Position numbers and translations under genes: made by a program. Under the pieces are notes generated by a model. It was not told where the DNA came from. It searched no databases and saw only the letters and a program-made list of their open reading frames with translations. This document shows, in pieces, positions 39,206 to 49,474 of a stretch of 64,000 nt of DNA; the stretch's first letter is position 1; each line of letters begins with the position of its first letter. Source of the stretch: Candidatus Collierbacteria bacterium GW2011_GWA2_42_17 (GTDB lineage Bacteria > Patescibacteriota > Microgenomatia > UBA1400 > MFAQ01). Location of the stretch: the NCBI GenBank assembly GCA_000998275.1, contig LCDA01000001.1:116352-180351 (forward strand), given 5' to 3'.

Positions 39206-40921
39206 ATGAATAAATTTAAAAACCTCATCTGGATTTTTGTGATATGTATTTTAGTGGTTAGTGCCGCCTTTACGGGATATAGATTAGCTTTTAGGAATTT
39301 AATTTTCCCCAAGGTGTCCGTGGCTGGTATTGGGGTGGGTGGAATGGATAAAATAACGGCTTTAAAACTTGTTAGTAAATATTTTTCAACAAATCCCAAC
39401 AACGTGATCTTAAGAATTAACGAGAAGGAAATTAATAAATTAGATGAGATCAAGGTGGAGCGAGATTTCAATTGGGCCATCGAGCAAGCATACTCGGTGG
39501 GAAGAAACGGAAATATATTAACCCAAGTATCTGAACAGTTAAGAACTCTTTACTCTTCGAGAAGTATTTCGGTGCCGATTAGTTATGAAGGGGATGATTT
39601 GGAAGTGTATGTCGACCAGTTAGCAACTGACTTTAATCAGAAACCAGTTTGGCCAAAATTGGTCATCGAAAAAGATAAAATTATGGCTGTATCGGGTAAA
39701 GATGGACTGGAGATAGATAAACTCCAACTTACAAGTAAGATTGTTGAAAGTTGGTCACTCCCGGATAAACAAATTATTGATGTGCCAACAGGGGTTGTCT
39801 CAGCGAAGGAAAATAAAGAGCTGGTTGATAGAGCAATTGCTTCTATAAACGAGTGGGGAGGGAGGAGATTAACCCTAAAACATGAGGGTTTTGAAACAAG
39901 TCTTAGTCAAGATGAGATGGTGGCTCTTTATGGATTGACACGAGAGGTTGTAAACAAAGATCAATTTGGAAATTTGTTAGCAAGAATACAACCATTGGTG
40001 GAAACGGAGTCCAGGGACGCAGTTTTTAGATTTGAAGAGGAAAAGGTTTTGGAGTTTAAACCCGAGGTTGTGGGAAGAGTAATTGACGTTCCTGCTTTTA
40101 ATGAAAAACTGGGTGAAGCTTTGGTAACGGCTAATAGTGAAATATTAGAAATTCCGGTAATTTTTTCTTACCCAAAAATTAAGGCCGGGGATATAAATAA
40201 CCTGGGTATTAAGGAGTTAATCGGAGAGGGTAAATCGCTGTTTTCTCATTCGATTCCAGGGAGAGTATTCAATGTTAATTTAGCAGCATCGAGGATAAAC
40301 AGCACAATTGTTGCTCCAGGTGAAGAGTTTTCATTTAATGATGCTGTTGGGGATATTTCAAAGGCGTCTGGATATCAGTCGGCGTATATTATCAGTGGAG
40401 GAAAAACAGTATTAGGCGATGGAGGTGGAGTGTGTCAAGTATCGACAACAGTCTTTAGAGCGGCTCTTAATGCGGGACTGACGATTACTGAGAGAAAAGC
40501 ACATGCCTATCGAGTGGGTTATTACGAGCAAGACAGCAAACCAGGAATTGATGCAACTGTATACAACCCAACAGCTGATTTAAAATTTTTGAACGACACA
40601 GGGAATCATATCCTGATACAAACCAAAGTCGACACAAAAAATATGAATATGAGTGTACAAATTTATGGAACAAAAGATGGTAGGGTGGCGAGTATTTCCG
40701 TCCCAAAAATTTCCTCGCAAACTCCGCCACCGGCAACTCTGTATGTTGACGATCCAACTCTACCTCTCGGACAGATGAAACAGATTGACTGGTCGGCCTG
40801 GGGGGCAAAAGTGTCTTTTAACTACAAGGTGACTAAGGGAACCGAGACATTATTTGAAAAGACTTTTTATAGCAACTATCAACCTTGGCGGGCAGTATAT
40901 CTTAAAGGAACAAAGATCTAG
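39206..40921 (+). CDS. VanW-family protein with an N-terminal transmembrane anchor.
   Basis: The core VanW domain motif GGGVCQVSTTVFRAALNAGLTITERKAHAY is present. Confidence 0.75.
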   Translation: MNKFKNLIWIFVICILVVSAAFTGYRLAFRNLIFPKVSVAGIGVGGMDKITALKLVSKYFSTNPNNVILRINEKEINKLDEIKVERDFNWAIEQAYSVGRNGNILTQVSEQLRTLYSSRSISVPISYEGDDLEVYVDQLATDFNQKPVWPKLVIEKDKIMAVSGKDGLEIDKLQLTSKIVESWSLPDKQIIDVPTGVVSAKENKELVDRAIASINEWGGRRLTLKHEGFETSLSQDEMVALYGLTREVVNKDQFGNLLARIQPLVETESRDAVFRFEEEKVLEFKPEVVGRVIDVPAFNEKLGEALVTANSEILEIPVIFSYPKIKAGDINNLGIKELIGEGKSLFSHSIPGRVFNVNLAASRINSTIVAPGEEFSFNDAVGDISKASGYQSAYIISGGKTVLGDGGGVCQVSTTVFRAALNAGLTITERKAHAYRVGYYEQDSKPGIDATVYNPTADLKFLNDTGNHILIQTKVDTKNMNMSVQIYGTKDGRVASISVPKISSQTPPPATLYVDDPTLPLGQMKQIDWSAWGAKVSFNYKVTKGTETLFEKTFYSNYQPWRAVYLKGTKI

Positions 40922-40964
40922 GGTTTTTAATTTAATTTGATTCAATCTGAGTTAAAATAGGAAG

Positions 40965-41996
40965 ATGAAAGTTTTAGCAATTGAAAGTACTTGTGATGAA
41001 ACGGCGGCAGCGGTTGTGGAAAATTGCGGAGAGGGAGTAAAGATACTTAATAGTGTGGTAGCCAGTTCGGTGTTGATGCACCAAAAATATGGTGGCATCG
41101 TACCGGAAGTGGCGGCACGTGAGCAAATCAAAAGTATAATTCCGGTAATTACCGAGTCTGTTGGAGAAGATAAAGACTCGATTCAAGGAGTTGCGGTTAG
41201 CTTTGGCCCAGGGTTAATGGGAAGTTTGTTAGTGGGTGTAGAGTCGGCAAAAGCTTTGTCTTGGGCATGGAAGAAGCCTCTTTATTCTGTAAATCATATG
41301 GCGGCACATGTTTTTGCCAACTGGATAGTCGAAGACAAAAATACCGAAGTACCGATGTTCCCCGCCGTGGGATTGGTGGTAAGTGGAGGACATACTGACT
41401 TGGTATTAATGAAAAATACAAAAGAATGGGAGTGGGTTGGAGGAACTCGTGATGATGCCGTAGGAGAAGCTTTTGATAAGGCGGCGAGACTGTTGGGTCT
41501 TCCCTATCCGGGTGGACCGGAAATTTCCAAAGCAGTAGAAAGAGTAACGGTACAAATGAAAGAAAGGTTTGGTTCAAAATTTAAATTACCCAGACCACTT
41601 TTTAATGAAGACAGCTTGGATATGAGTTTTTCCGGTTTGAAGGCGGCAATTTCCAAGATAGTCACAACTTTAGGGAGCGTTGATGAGAAAACACGTGACG
41701 TGTTGGCGTGGGAGTTCTCGGAGGCAGTAATTGAGATATTAATTAAAAAAACGATGCTGGCAGTGGAGAGGTACAAGCCAAAAAGTGTACTGATGGCTGG
41801 TGGAGTGGCGGCGAATAAACAGTTGAGAGAGAATTTAAAAATGGCAGTTGAAGGTGTTGGGGAAGTTAAATTCTTTTGTCCGGAGCTTAGATATTGTGGA
41901 GACAATGCGGCAATGGTGGGAGCAGCCGCGATAATTGCTCCTCGCGAAGTAAAACCAGTAAATTTGAAGCCGGATCCAAGTGTGACAACGGTTTAA
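40965..41996 (+). CDS. tsaD: tRNA N6-adenosine threonylcarbamoyltransferase TsaD (Kae1/Gcp).
   Basis: The N-terminus MKVLAIESTCDETAAAVVE is present, along with the metal-binding histidines HMAAH and a GGVAANKQLRE motif. Confidence 0.9.
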   Translation: MKVLAIESTCDETAAAVVENCGEGVKILNSVVASSVLMHQKYGGIVPEVAAREQIKSIIPVITESVGEDKDSIQGVAVSFGPGLMGSLLVGVESAKALSWAWKKPLYSVNHMAAHVFANWIVEDKNTEVPMFPAVGLVVSGGHTDLVLMKNTKEWEWVGGTRDDAVGEAFDKAARLLGLPYPGGPEISKAVERVTVQMKERFGSKFKLPRPLFNEDSLDMSFSGLKAAISKIVTTLGSVDEKTRDVLAWEFSEAVIEILIKKTMLAVERYKPKSVLMAGGVAANKQLRENLKMAVEGVGEVKFFCPELRYCGDNAAMVGAAAIIAPREVKPVNLKPDPSVTTV

Positions 41997-42136
41997 GGAC
42001 CAGTAGCGACTTATCCCTCTCCTCTAAATGTCATAAATTCTTTGACATCGCGACTGTAGTAGACAAGAGTATTTTTTCCTGTTCTTTTCTGTCCATGGCT
42101 GAATGTAGCGCGAGTGATGATAAAATCAAGAAGTAA

Positions 42137-44188
42137 ATGCAGAAAAATTACGATCATACACAGTTTGAAGATAAACTCTATAAAGCTTGGGAGAAAAGTG
42201 GTGTTTTTACTCCCCCTACTGGAGAAGAACTAATTAAGAGTGGTAAGAAGCCGTTCACTATCATTATGCCTCCTCCCAATGCAAATGATCCTTTGCATAT
42301 TGGACACGCAATGTTTGTAACGGTGGAAGATATCTTTATTCGCTATCACAGAATGAAGGGTGAGGCTGCCTTGTGGCTTCCCGGAACGGATCATGCGGGA
42401 GTTGAAACTCAGTTTGTGTTTGAGAAGAAACTGGCCAAAGAAGGCAAAAGTAGATTTGATTTTGATCGTGAGACTTTATACAAAATGATCTGGGATTATG
42501 TCCAGGAAAATACGGGGGTAGCTTTAAACCAGATGAAAAAATTGGGAGCTAGTGCGGACTGGAGCAGATATAAATTTACATTGGATCCGGAAATTATCGA
42601 GGAAGTAGTAAAGACATTTGGGAGGCTGCATGAAGATGGATTGATTTATCGAGCCGAAAAGTTGGTTAATTACTGTACCAGATGTGGCACGGCCTATTCC
42701 GAACTGGAGGTAGAGCATGAAGAAAGAGAGGATAAGCTTTATACCATTGATTATGGTCTGCTCAAAGTGGCAACTACCAGGCCGGAAACGATGCTTGGAG
42801 ATACGGCTGTAGCAGTGAATCCAAAAGACAAAAGATATAGGGACTTAATTGGAAAGACAGTTACTGTGCCATTAATTGATAGAGAGATTCCAGTTATTGG
42901 AGATGAGATGGTAGATATGGAGTTTGGTACCGGAGCAGTAAAAATTACCCCGGCGCATGACCCTAATGATTGGGAAGTGGGAGTAAAACACAAACTGGAA
43001 GTAGTTTCCGTGATTGGAACAAACGGAAAAATGACGGACAAGGCAGGAGAGTATGCCGGATTATCGGTAAGTGCCGCTAGAGAAAAAGTAATTGACGATT
43101 TGGGAAATAAATTAGTTGAGGTAAAACCATATGTTCACAGTGTCGGTGTTTGTTACCGCTGTCATCGAGTTATTGAGCCTCTACCAATCAAACAGTTCTT
43201 CATTAAGGTTAAACCTTTGGCTGACAAAGCTTTGGCTGCTTTGAACTCGAAAGAAACAGTAATTTTGGGAGCAGGAAGGGATAAAATTTTGCGCCATTGG
43301 CTTTTAAATCTTCGTGACTGGAATATTAGTCGACAGATTGTTTGGGGCATTAGGATCCCCGTTTGGTATACCGACGAGAAGAAACTCGATTATGTAGTGT
43401 CGGAGACCTCCCCCGGTGAAGGATATATTCAAGAAACAGACACTTTTGATACCTGGTTTTCTTCCGGGCAGTGGCCGGTGGTGACACTTAAAACAAATAA
43501 GCCGGAAGATTTTGAAGCTTATTATCCGACCAACATAATGGAAACGGCATATGATATTCTCCCCTTCTGGGTGATGAGAATGATGTTGTTGTCAATTTAT
43601 TTAACAGGAAAGTCACCTTTTAAATATGTCTATTTGCACGGACTAGTGCGTGATGAGCAAGGAAGAAAAATGAGTAAAAGTATAGGAAATGCCATTAACC
43701 CTCTTGAACTATGTACAAAGTATGGGACTGATTCTCTCCGAATGGCTCTGGTGATGAGCACTACTGCGGGACAGGATAGTAATACAGGAGAAAATAAAGT
43801 GAGAGGAATGAGAAACTTTGGTAATAAAATCTGGAATGCGGGAAGATTTATCGCCGAAAAACAGGCCGAGGATATGGTAATGACCGGAGAAAAAGACGGC
43901 GAGTTTACTAAAAAACTTTCCGAGGTGACGAATGAGGTGACTAAGCTCCTTGACCAGATGAAGGTGGGGTTGGCATCTGAGACGGTCTACAATGAGTTCT
44001 GGCACTGGTTTTGTGATGAGGGCATCGAAATGAATAAACAAAAAAAGGTGAGTGATGCAATGTTGAAAGAAGGATATAAAAAGATGCTCGCCCTACTACA
44101 TCCTTTTGTACCTTTTGTCACTGAAGCAATCTGGCAAGAGATGTTTGTCGACGAAGGACTACTGATTTCTTATTCGTGGCCGAAATAA
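42137..44188 (+). CDS. valS: Valine--tRNA ligase, 683 aa, truncated relative to canonical ValRS and lacking the C-terminal coiled-coil domain.
   Basis: The HIGH-region reads IIMPPPNANDPLHIGHA. The segment ATTRPETMLGDTAVAVNPKDKRYRDLIGKTVTVPLIDREIPVIGDEMVDMEFGTGAVKITPAHDPND is near-identical in pattern to E. coli ValRS. The KMSKS loop is present and the protein ends soon after HPFVPFVTEAIWQ. Confidence 0.85.
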   Translation: MQKNYDHTQFEDKLYKAWEKSGVFTPPTGEELIKSGKKPFTIIMPPPNANDPLHIGHAMFVTVEDIFIRYHRMKGEAALWLPGTDHAGVETQFVFEKKLAKEGKSRFDFDRETLYKMIWDYVQENTGVALNQMKKLGASADWSRYKFTLDPEIIEEVVKTFGRLHEDGLIYRAEKLVNYCTRCGTAYSELEVEHEEREDKLYTIDYGLLKVATTRPETMLGDTAVAVNPKDKRYRDLIGKTVTVPLIDREIPVIGDEMVDMEFGTGAVKITPAHDPNDWEVGVKHKLEVVSVIGTNGKMTDKAGEYAGLSVSAAREKVIDDLGNKLVEVKPYVHSVGVCYRCHRVIEPLPIKQFFIKVKPLADKALAALNSKETVILGAGRDKILRHWLLNLRDWNISRQIVWGIRIPVWYTDEKKLDYVVSETSPGEGYIQETDTFDTWFSSGQWPVVTLKTNKPEDFEAYYPTNIMETAYDILPFWVMRMMLLSIYLTGKSPFKYVYLHGLVRDEQGRKMSKSIGNAINPLELCTKYGTDSLRMALVMSTTAGQDSNTGENKVRGMRNFGNKIWNAGRFIAEKQAEDMVMTGEKDGEFTKKLSEVTNEVTKLLDQMKVGLASETVYNEFWHWFCDEGIEMNKQKKVSDAMLKEGYKKMLALLHPFVPFVTEAIWQEMFVDEGLLISYSWPK

Positions 44189-44213
44189 AAATTTGACATA
44201 CATATACCAAAAA

Positions 44214-44237
44214 GGCGCCGGGGAGGGCGCCTTTTCT
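44214..44237. terminator. Bidirectional intrinsic terminator between valS (+) and rplY (-).
   Basis: The GC-rich hairpin GGCGCCGGGGAGGGCGCC is flanked by CAAAAA upstream and TTTTCT downstream. Confidence 0.55.
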
Positions 44238-44252
44238 AGGTCAATAATTTTA

Positions 44253-44945
44253 TTATTCTTTGGAAGCTTCCTCGGGTTTGGCTTCACCTTCGGCAGGTTT
44301 TTCGCCCTCCACAACTTCACCTTCGGCGGATGTTTCCGCTCCGGTGGCATCCTCAGGAACTTCTTCGACAGGAATGACTTCCTCTTTCATAGGTTCTTGG
44401 AGAGAGACAACCATTTGTTCCGGATCGGTTTTAATCTCGACTTCGGCAGATACTTTGGCATCGGAAACCAGAAGGTGATCACCAATTGCTTTGAGTGAGC
44501 TAATGTCGAAGGTAATACTTTCAGGAATTTCGGTAGGTAGAGCCTCAATTTCAATTTCGTTGAGAGATTGGGAGAGAACGGCTTCATTGGAAGCAACAAG
44601 TTCAGATTCTCCAATGATTTCGACTGGAACGTTGGCGGTAACTTTTTCTTTAAGATTAACTTGGTGAAAATCGACGTGGAGTTTGTCTCCGGTAATAGGA
44701 TTGAAGTGAACTGAGGTAACAAGAGTAGGACGTTCTTTGTCTTCACCTTCGACCTTGACATAAATAAGACTGGTTTCACCGGCCTCTTTGTAAACACGAT
44801 TAAACTCGACACCATTGATCTGAATAGCTTGACTTTCGATGGTTTTTCCAAAAAGATTGGCAGGGATGACGCCGGTACGGCGGAGTTGTTTGACTTTACT
44901 TCCTAAAACGGTTCTTTTGTCGGCTTTCAGTATAAATTTTTGCAT
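44253..44945 (-). CDS. rplY: 50S ribosomal protein L25 / general stress protein Ctc, with an acidic C-terminal extension.
   Basis: The L25 N-terminal domain reads MQKFILKADKRTVLGSKVKQLRRTGVIPANLFGK, and the C-terminal tail is Glu-rich. Confidence 0.8.
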   Translation of the reverse strand: MQKFILKADKRTVLGSKVKQLRRTGVIPANLFGKTIESQAIQINGVEFNRVYKEAGETSLIYVKVEGEDKERPTLVTSVHFNPITGDKLHVDFHQVNLKEKVTANVPVEIIGESELVASNEAVLSQSLNEIEIEALPTEIPESITFDISSLKAIGDHLLVSDAKVSAEVEIKTDPEQMVVSLQEPMKEEVIPVEEVPEDATGAETSAEGEVVEGEKPAEGEAKPEEASKE

Positions 44946-44983
44946 GATTCGTATTGTAACTTATTAGCCTTAGCTTCACAAGT

Positions 44984-47623
44984 TTATTGAGTGTTTTGAT
45001 CAAGAGTGAAGCCAAAAGAGGAAGTATGAGGAGGAAGGGTTATTTTCATAACAGCAGGTTCGGAGGTAAAAGGTGAAGTAACAACCTTGGGAAGTAAATT
45101 TTCAGGATAAATTATTTTGAGAGTGGTACCTGAGTCGGTAGTTCCCGGTTGGCGGTATTCGGTAATTGAGTAGGATAAAGGTGTAGAAAATGTTTCAGAA
45201 GTGGGGGTGGTTGTTTTTATCACGACTAAAGTGTCCCTGTTGGGAAAAATTGTCAGAGGAATTTTATAGACATCGAATGATCCTTCTATTGTTTTAGTGA
45301 CACCTTTGGTAGATGAGGGTAGATCATTTAAGAGTACTTTGTCGAGAGTGGATGGACTGGGAACATACAAATAATAGGTGTTGGCAATAGAGGAGTCTGA
45401 AGAAAATGTTTGGTTCGTGGTGTAGCTGATTTGATACTCGTGTTGAATTGATGAGGAAGTGATATTAATTGAGTGACTTAACAAACGTTTCGACCAAGGA
45501 TTTCTTCTGAGTGGTGAAATAGTAGACTCACTTAGAGAGAGTGTTTGGGCTGTGCAGACACTTGAGGAGGTGATGCCAGCATTGCAGGGGTGCGGAACAA
45601 TAACCCCGGAGTATGACTGGTATGTTAAGAGACGTTGGGTGCTGATATCGGATGACCAAATTAAAATTTGATTGTCCCCTATCGTTTTGGCAATAGTCCG
45701 CCCAAGAACAGGTAAAGAAATATTTTGATTAAACAGTCTATCCAGATATTGGTCAAAAATTTCCTGGTAAACTGCTGAACCTGAGGCTTCTAAATAACTA
45801 GCTTTATATTGATCAATTATGGGAGATTTTTCTTCCAATAAAAGTTGTTCGATGAGAAGGTTGTTGGTGGCAACAATAAAATCGAGTTTCGTTTTCAGAG
45901 TTTTTTCCAGGTATGTAGAAACCTCGACAGAAGATTTGGCGAAGTCAGGATTTTGTGTTAGGTTCACAAGTTTTGATTTAGGTGCAGAAGCAAAGCGGCT
46001 GTTTTTTGAAGTAGCAAGATCTGTGTCTTGGACGAGTTTCTCGAGTTCAGATTCGGTGAAATATTTTTTGGTGATGAGTTTACCTTGATTGAGAGTAAGA
46101 AGAAGATAATAATCAATTTCGCCACCACTTGGACGAAGAACCTGGCTGTTTTGAAGATATACAAGGATATTTTTAGTTTTGTCCCCCGATAAAACGGCCG
46201 GGATGATATCGGTTACTTTAATAAATTGAGCAACTTGTTCCTCTAAATTCTTTAGGTTTTTGTATTCATCATTATTTTTTAATTTTTTTTCAAGAAAACT
46301 TGGAATCTTGCCGCTGCTGCTTAAAAAGGATATTTGATTGAGATTTTCGTAGATTTGACTGAGATTAGAGTGCAGAGCAAGACTAAGGTCGTTGTAATTA
46401 GTTTTTGATTCTTCGTTGTTTAAAGACAGGAGAAGGTTTTCAGCCATGACGTAAGTTTGATGAAGATTTCCAAGACTGGATGAAGTGTAATCAATAAACG
46501 AGTAGAGATTAAAAATTTTTTCGGTGCTGCGTGGAGAAGCTAGATTGGATAGAGGTACGAGTGGCCTAAAGGTTGACTCCCCTATTTCTTTTAGTTTGAT
46601 TGAGTTATTTAGTGATGAAATAGACAGTTGGAGATTTCCATCAAGGGCTTGATTAATTGATTTTTCAAGCTGTAGCAGAGAGAGTCCGGTAGCTAAGGTA
46701 AACACTCCCCCCATAAAAATGATGATAACTACAGCAGCAATTAATAGATTGGTGCCTATTTTCTTGAATGTGGGGAGGCTGGTTTCCTTTTTAGGACGAG
46801 GTTGATAGATCCAGGTTAGTAGCCGATGTAGAGGATTTGTTTTTATAGGTTTGGTTTCGGCTTTTATCGAGCTGTCGGTATAAAAGGTGATTATTTGTTT
46901 TAGATCGTCAACAATTTCCCTTTCCGGATTCCAGTTGAGTTCTCCCCGAGATTTGTTGCCAATAGATCGTAAGGAATTAATTTCAGGATCATCTTTGCCG
47001 GTGGCATTAATTTCCGGTTCGTCTTGACTGACGGTAGAAATATTTTTCTTGAGGAGATAGGCTAGTTCGAGATCGGAAATTGGATCACCTAGTATCCAAA
47101 AGCTTTTACCGGAGGTGTTTGATAAAAAGAGAGTCTTAATAATGGCTAGGGTAAAGTCTTCAAGGGCTAGGGGAAAGTATAAATTTTCGCCCTTTCGAGA
47201 AATGTTTATTTTTTTTGACGTAATGGCTTCGTAAAATTGAGTGTCCAGTGGTGTTGAGGGATTTGGAGAGTAGTGTTGATAAACGTCCTTGGTAAAGATC
47301 AGGCGATGAAGAGGTTTGTCCTTTCCTAGATCATCAAGCATTTTTTGAAAATAATGGTTTTTTTCAATATCGAGGGAGTTTCCGTGAAGAATGATGACAG
47401 CGAGCTTGACATCATTTTCACGACAAGAATGATAGGTTTCAATGAGATTTTGACTGATGTGAGTAAGATCTTTTTGTAGATCAATAAGAAATATGCGATA
47501 AGCGAAGGTTCCCCCTTTATTTTTAACGAACTTTATTTCCTGGTGGAGTTGGTTGTCCAAAAAATTAACCTCTAAGTCGGAGTTGTTACTGCTTATTGAG
47601 ATTTGGACTTCCCTCTGTGGCAT
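44984..47623 (-). CDS. Large (879 aa) membrane-anchored protein of unknown function, with an N-terminal cytoplasmic alpha/beta-like domain, one transmembrane helix and a ~550-aa extracellular region.
   Basis: The transmembrane helix is LLIAAVVIIIFMGGVFTLATGLSLL. No catalytic motif was recognised. The C-terminal region is rich in Asn, Ser and Thr. Confidence 0.3.
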   Translation of the reverse strand: MPQREVQISISSNNSDLEVNFLDNQLHQEIKFVKNKGGTFAYRIFLIDLQKDLTHISQNLIETYHSCRENDVKLAVIILHGNSLDIEKNHYFQKMLDDLGKDKPLHRLIFTKDVYQHYSPNPSTPLDTQFYEAITSKKINISRKGENLYFPLALEDFTLAIIKTLFLSNTSGKSFWILGDPISDLELAYLLKKNISTVSQDEPEINATGKDDPEINSLRSIGNKSRGELNWNPEREIVDDLKQIITFYTDSSIKAETKPIKTNPLHRLLTWIYQPRPKKETSLPTFKKIGTNLLIAAVVIIIFMGGVFTLATGLSLLQLEKSINQALDGNLQLSISSLNNSIKLKEIGESTFRPLVPLSNLASPRSTEKIFNLYSFIDYTSSSLGNLHQTYVMAENLLLSLNNEESKTNYNDLSLALHSNLSQIYENLNQISFLSSSGKIPSFLEKKLKNNDEYKNLKNLEEQVAQFIKVTDIIPAVLSGDKTKNILVYLQNSQVLRPSGGEIDYYLLLTLNQGKLITKKYFTESELEKLVQDTDLATSKNSRFASAPKSKLVNLTQNPDFAKSSVEVSTYLEKTLKTKLDFIVATNNLLIEQLLLEEKSPIIDQYKASYLEASGSAVYQEIFDQYLDRLFNQNISLPVLGRTIAKTIGDNQILIWSSDISTQRLLTYQSYSGVIVPHPCNAGITSSSVCTAQTLSLSESTISPLRRNPWSKRLLSHSINITSSSIQHEYQISYTTNQTFSSDSSIANTYYLYVPSPSTLDKVLLNDLPSSTKGVTKTIEGSFDVYKIPLTIFPNRDTLVVIKTTTPTSETFSTPLSYSITEYRQPGTTDSGTTLKIIYPENLLPKVVTSPFTSEPAVMKITLPPHTSSFGFTLDQNTQ

Positions 47624-47866
47624 TTATTTAAGTATAAACGAAGATACTTGGTGAAGTATTTTGAATTATCTTTGTATTTACATTTTCTATTTTTTAATTT
47701 GTGCTCATTTGATTTATTATTATGTGCCTGATTTGAGGTAATTTATGTTCATACTTTTCACACATGAAAATCTAAACCTGAGGCTATCTAAAGTTATCCA
47801 CAGCATTAATGGTAACAAAAACCATTGTTATAGAAATAAAAGCCGTGGTGGAAATAAAAGGGAAGT

Positions 47867-48298
47867 CTACTTATCGAGAGCTTCGTTTACCAGTTTGTCC
47901 GCTTCTTTATTTTGTTCACGAGGAACGGTAATAAAAGTCATGAGTTCTATTTGACCTTTTTCTCTTAGACTCCTGACCAGGTCAACCACTTGTTGACGAA
48001 GGGCTTTGAGGTGAGGAAGTTTTACTTTATATTTGCCGGTGATTTGTCTGACTATCAGCTCCGAGTCAAGAATATATTTTAGTTTTTGACTGAAGATCTT
48101 TTTTTCAAGGAGAACCTCGAGACTTCTAATGACGGCGGTATACTCGGCAACGTTATTGGTATTTTCACCAATAGTTTCTGAGATGGTGAAGACCTTTTTA
48201 CCGCTTGAGTGGGCATAGACGCCTATGCCGGCAGGACCAGGATTACCACGAGAACCACCATCAGTATTTATTTCCAGAAGTTCATATTTTTCAGTCAT
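47867..48298 (-). CDS. rnhA: Ribonuclease HI.
   Basis: The N-terminal region reads INTDGGSRGNPGPAGIGV and the NNVAEYTA segment (E of DEDD) is present. The length fits RNase HI. Confidence 0.8.
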   Translation of the reverse strand: MTEKYELLEINTDGGSRGNPGPAGIGVYAHSSGKKVFTISETIGENTNNVAEYTAVIRSLEVLLEKKIFSQKLKYILDSELIVRQITGKYKVKLPHLKALRQQVVDLVRSLREKGQIELMTFITVPREQNKEADKLVNEALDK

Positions 48299-48307
48299 GT
48301 AGGTATT

Positions 48308-49450
48308 TTAGAACATAATTGCCAAAGCGAAAAGGAAAATTAGTTTGTTTTGGGGGAGAGTCCAGAAATAGTGGTCAAAGGTGCCGGTGAAAATGACGAT
48401 AGCAAGGAGTCCGAGAACAAGGGGGTTGGTCAAGATCTTAAAGGTCTTTTTTTTTAGAGCGGTAATGATGAGAAATAGCGAACCGAGAATACCCATTTCA
48501 GAAAGATAAAGATAGATGAGATTATGAACGGGCTGAAGTTTGGAGGGGGTTAAAAAGGAACCGGGGAGAAGTTTTTCTAAAGAGGGAATGAAGTTCCCTA
48601 GACCGGTACCGGTAAGAGGATTTTGAAGAAGAATTTTTTTGAGATAGAAAAAATAGAAGAGGCGATCAGATATAGGTTGCCAGCTGGAGATAAAATTTTG
48701 TAGAAATGGTTGAACGAAGGTAAAAAGAAGAGAAAAAATGATAATTATTTCTGGTTTAAGGTTGAATAGAAGAAAGGCAAGAAAAATAATGGCTGATTTA
48801 GAAAAGGTAATAATAATTCCAACGAAGGGAATTATTTTGTGCCAAGGCCGAGATGCTTTTTTAAAGAAGAGATAAAAAACGATAAGAAGATATCCGGCAA
48901 GAGAGTTTGCGTGGGAGAAGGTACTAATAGGCCGGAGGATTTCCTGTCCAAAAAAATTGAAGCGTCCAATTCCAGGGGTGATGGAGGAATAGGTTCTTTC
49001 ACCAAGAAAGTAGAGAGGGCCGCCAAGGGATGATTGGAAGAGTAATTGAAGTACTTCCAAAATAACGACAAAGGATGTACCAAAAAGAAGGGGAGAACTA
49101 ATATCTTTCCATTGGAGTTTCCGAAGACGAAGTGTGAGAAAAACTAAAAGATAGAGATTAAAACGGAGCCACCAAAACAGGGAGTTGAGGGGAGAAATGG
49201 AAAATAGAGTATTGAGAAAAATAATTGACAAAAATATACCAAGGGGAAGGAGATTCTTTTTAAGATAAATTAAAATTAGTTTTAGATTTAAGGAAATTAA
49301 GAAAATCAACAGAATGTCGAGAAAATAGAGAGTAGGTGAGAGATAATCAATTTTGATGCCGGCGACACGAGAAAAAGCTGGCCAAAAGTGAAGACCTAGC
49401 TGGGTAGGTAAGAAAAGAACAATAATCTTAATTAAGAGGTTGCTTAGCAC
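48308..49450 (-). CDS. O-antigen ligase/polymerase-like (Wzy_C / PglL-type) polytopic membrane protein.
   Basis: The protein has about 10 transmembrane helices. An SHANSLAGY segment is followed by PVHNLIYLYLSEMGILG, which matches the Wzy_C signature H-N-x2-L-x4-E-x-G. Confidence 0.5.
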   Translation of the reverse strand: MLSNLLIKIIVLFLPTQLGLHFWPAFSRVAGIKIDYLSPTLYFLDILLIFLISLNLKLILIYLKKNLLPLGIFLSIIFLNTLFSISPLNSLFWWLRFNLYLLVFLTLRLRKLQWKDISSPLLFGTSFVVILEVLQLLFQSSLGGPLYFLGERTYSSITPGIGRFNFFGQEILRPISTFSHANSLAGYLLIVFYLFFKKASRPWHKIIPFVGIIITFSKSAIIFLAFLLFNLKPEIIIIFSLLFTFVQPFLQNFISSWQPISDRLFYFFYLKKILLQNPLTGTGLGNFIPSLEKLLPGSFLTPSKLQPVHNLIYLYLSEMGILGSLFLIITALKKKTFKILTNPLVLGLLAIVIFTGTFDHYFWTLPQNKLIFLFALAIMF

Positions 49451-49474
49451 TTGCCCCGATTGTACAAGAAAAAC

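Noticed and set aside
47797-47806. An isolated TTATCCACA DnaA-box match in the AT-rich spacer upstream of the 879-aa gene.
   Set aside because: A single 9-mer match in AT-rich DNA has a high chance expectation, and no box cluster or DUE context is present.
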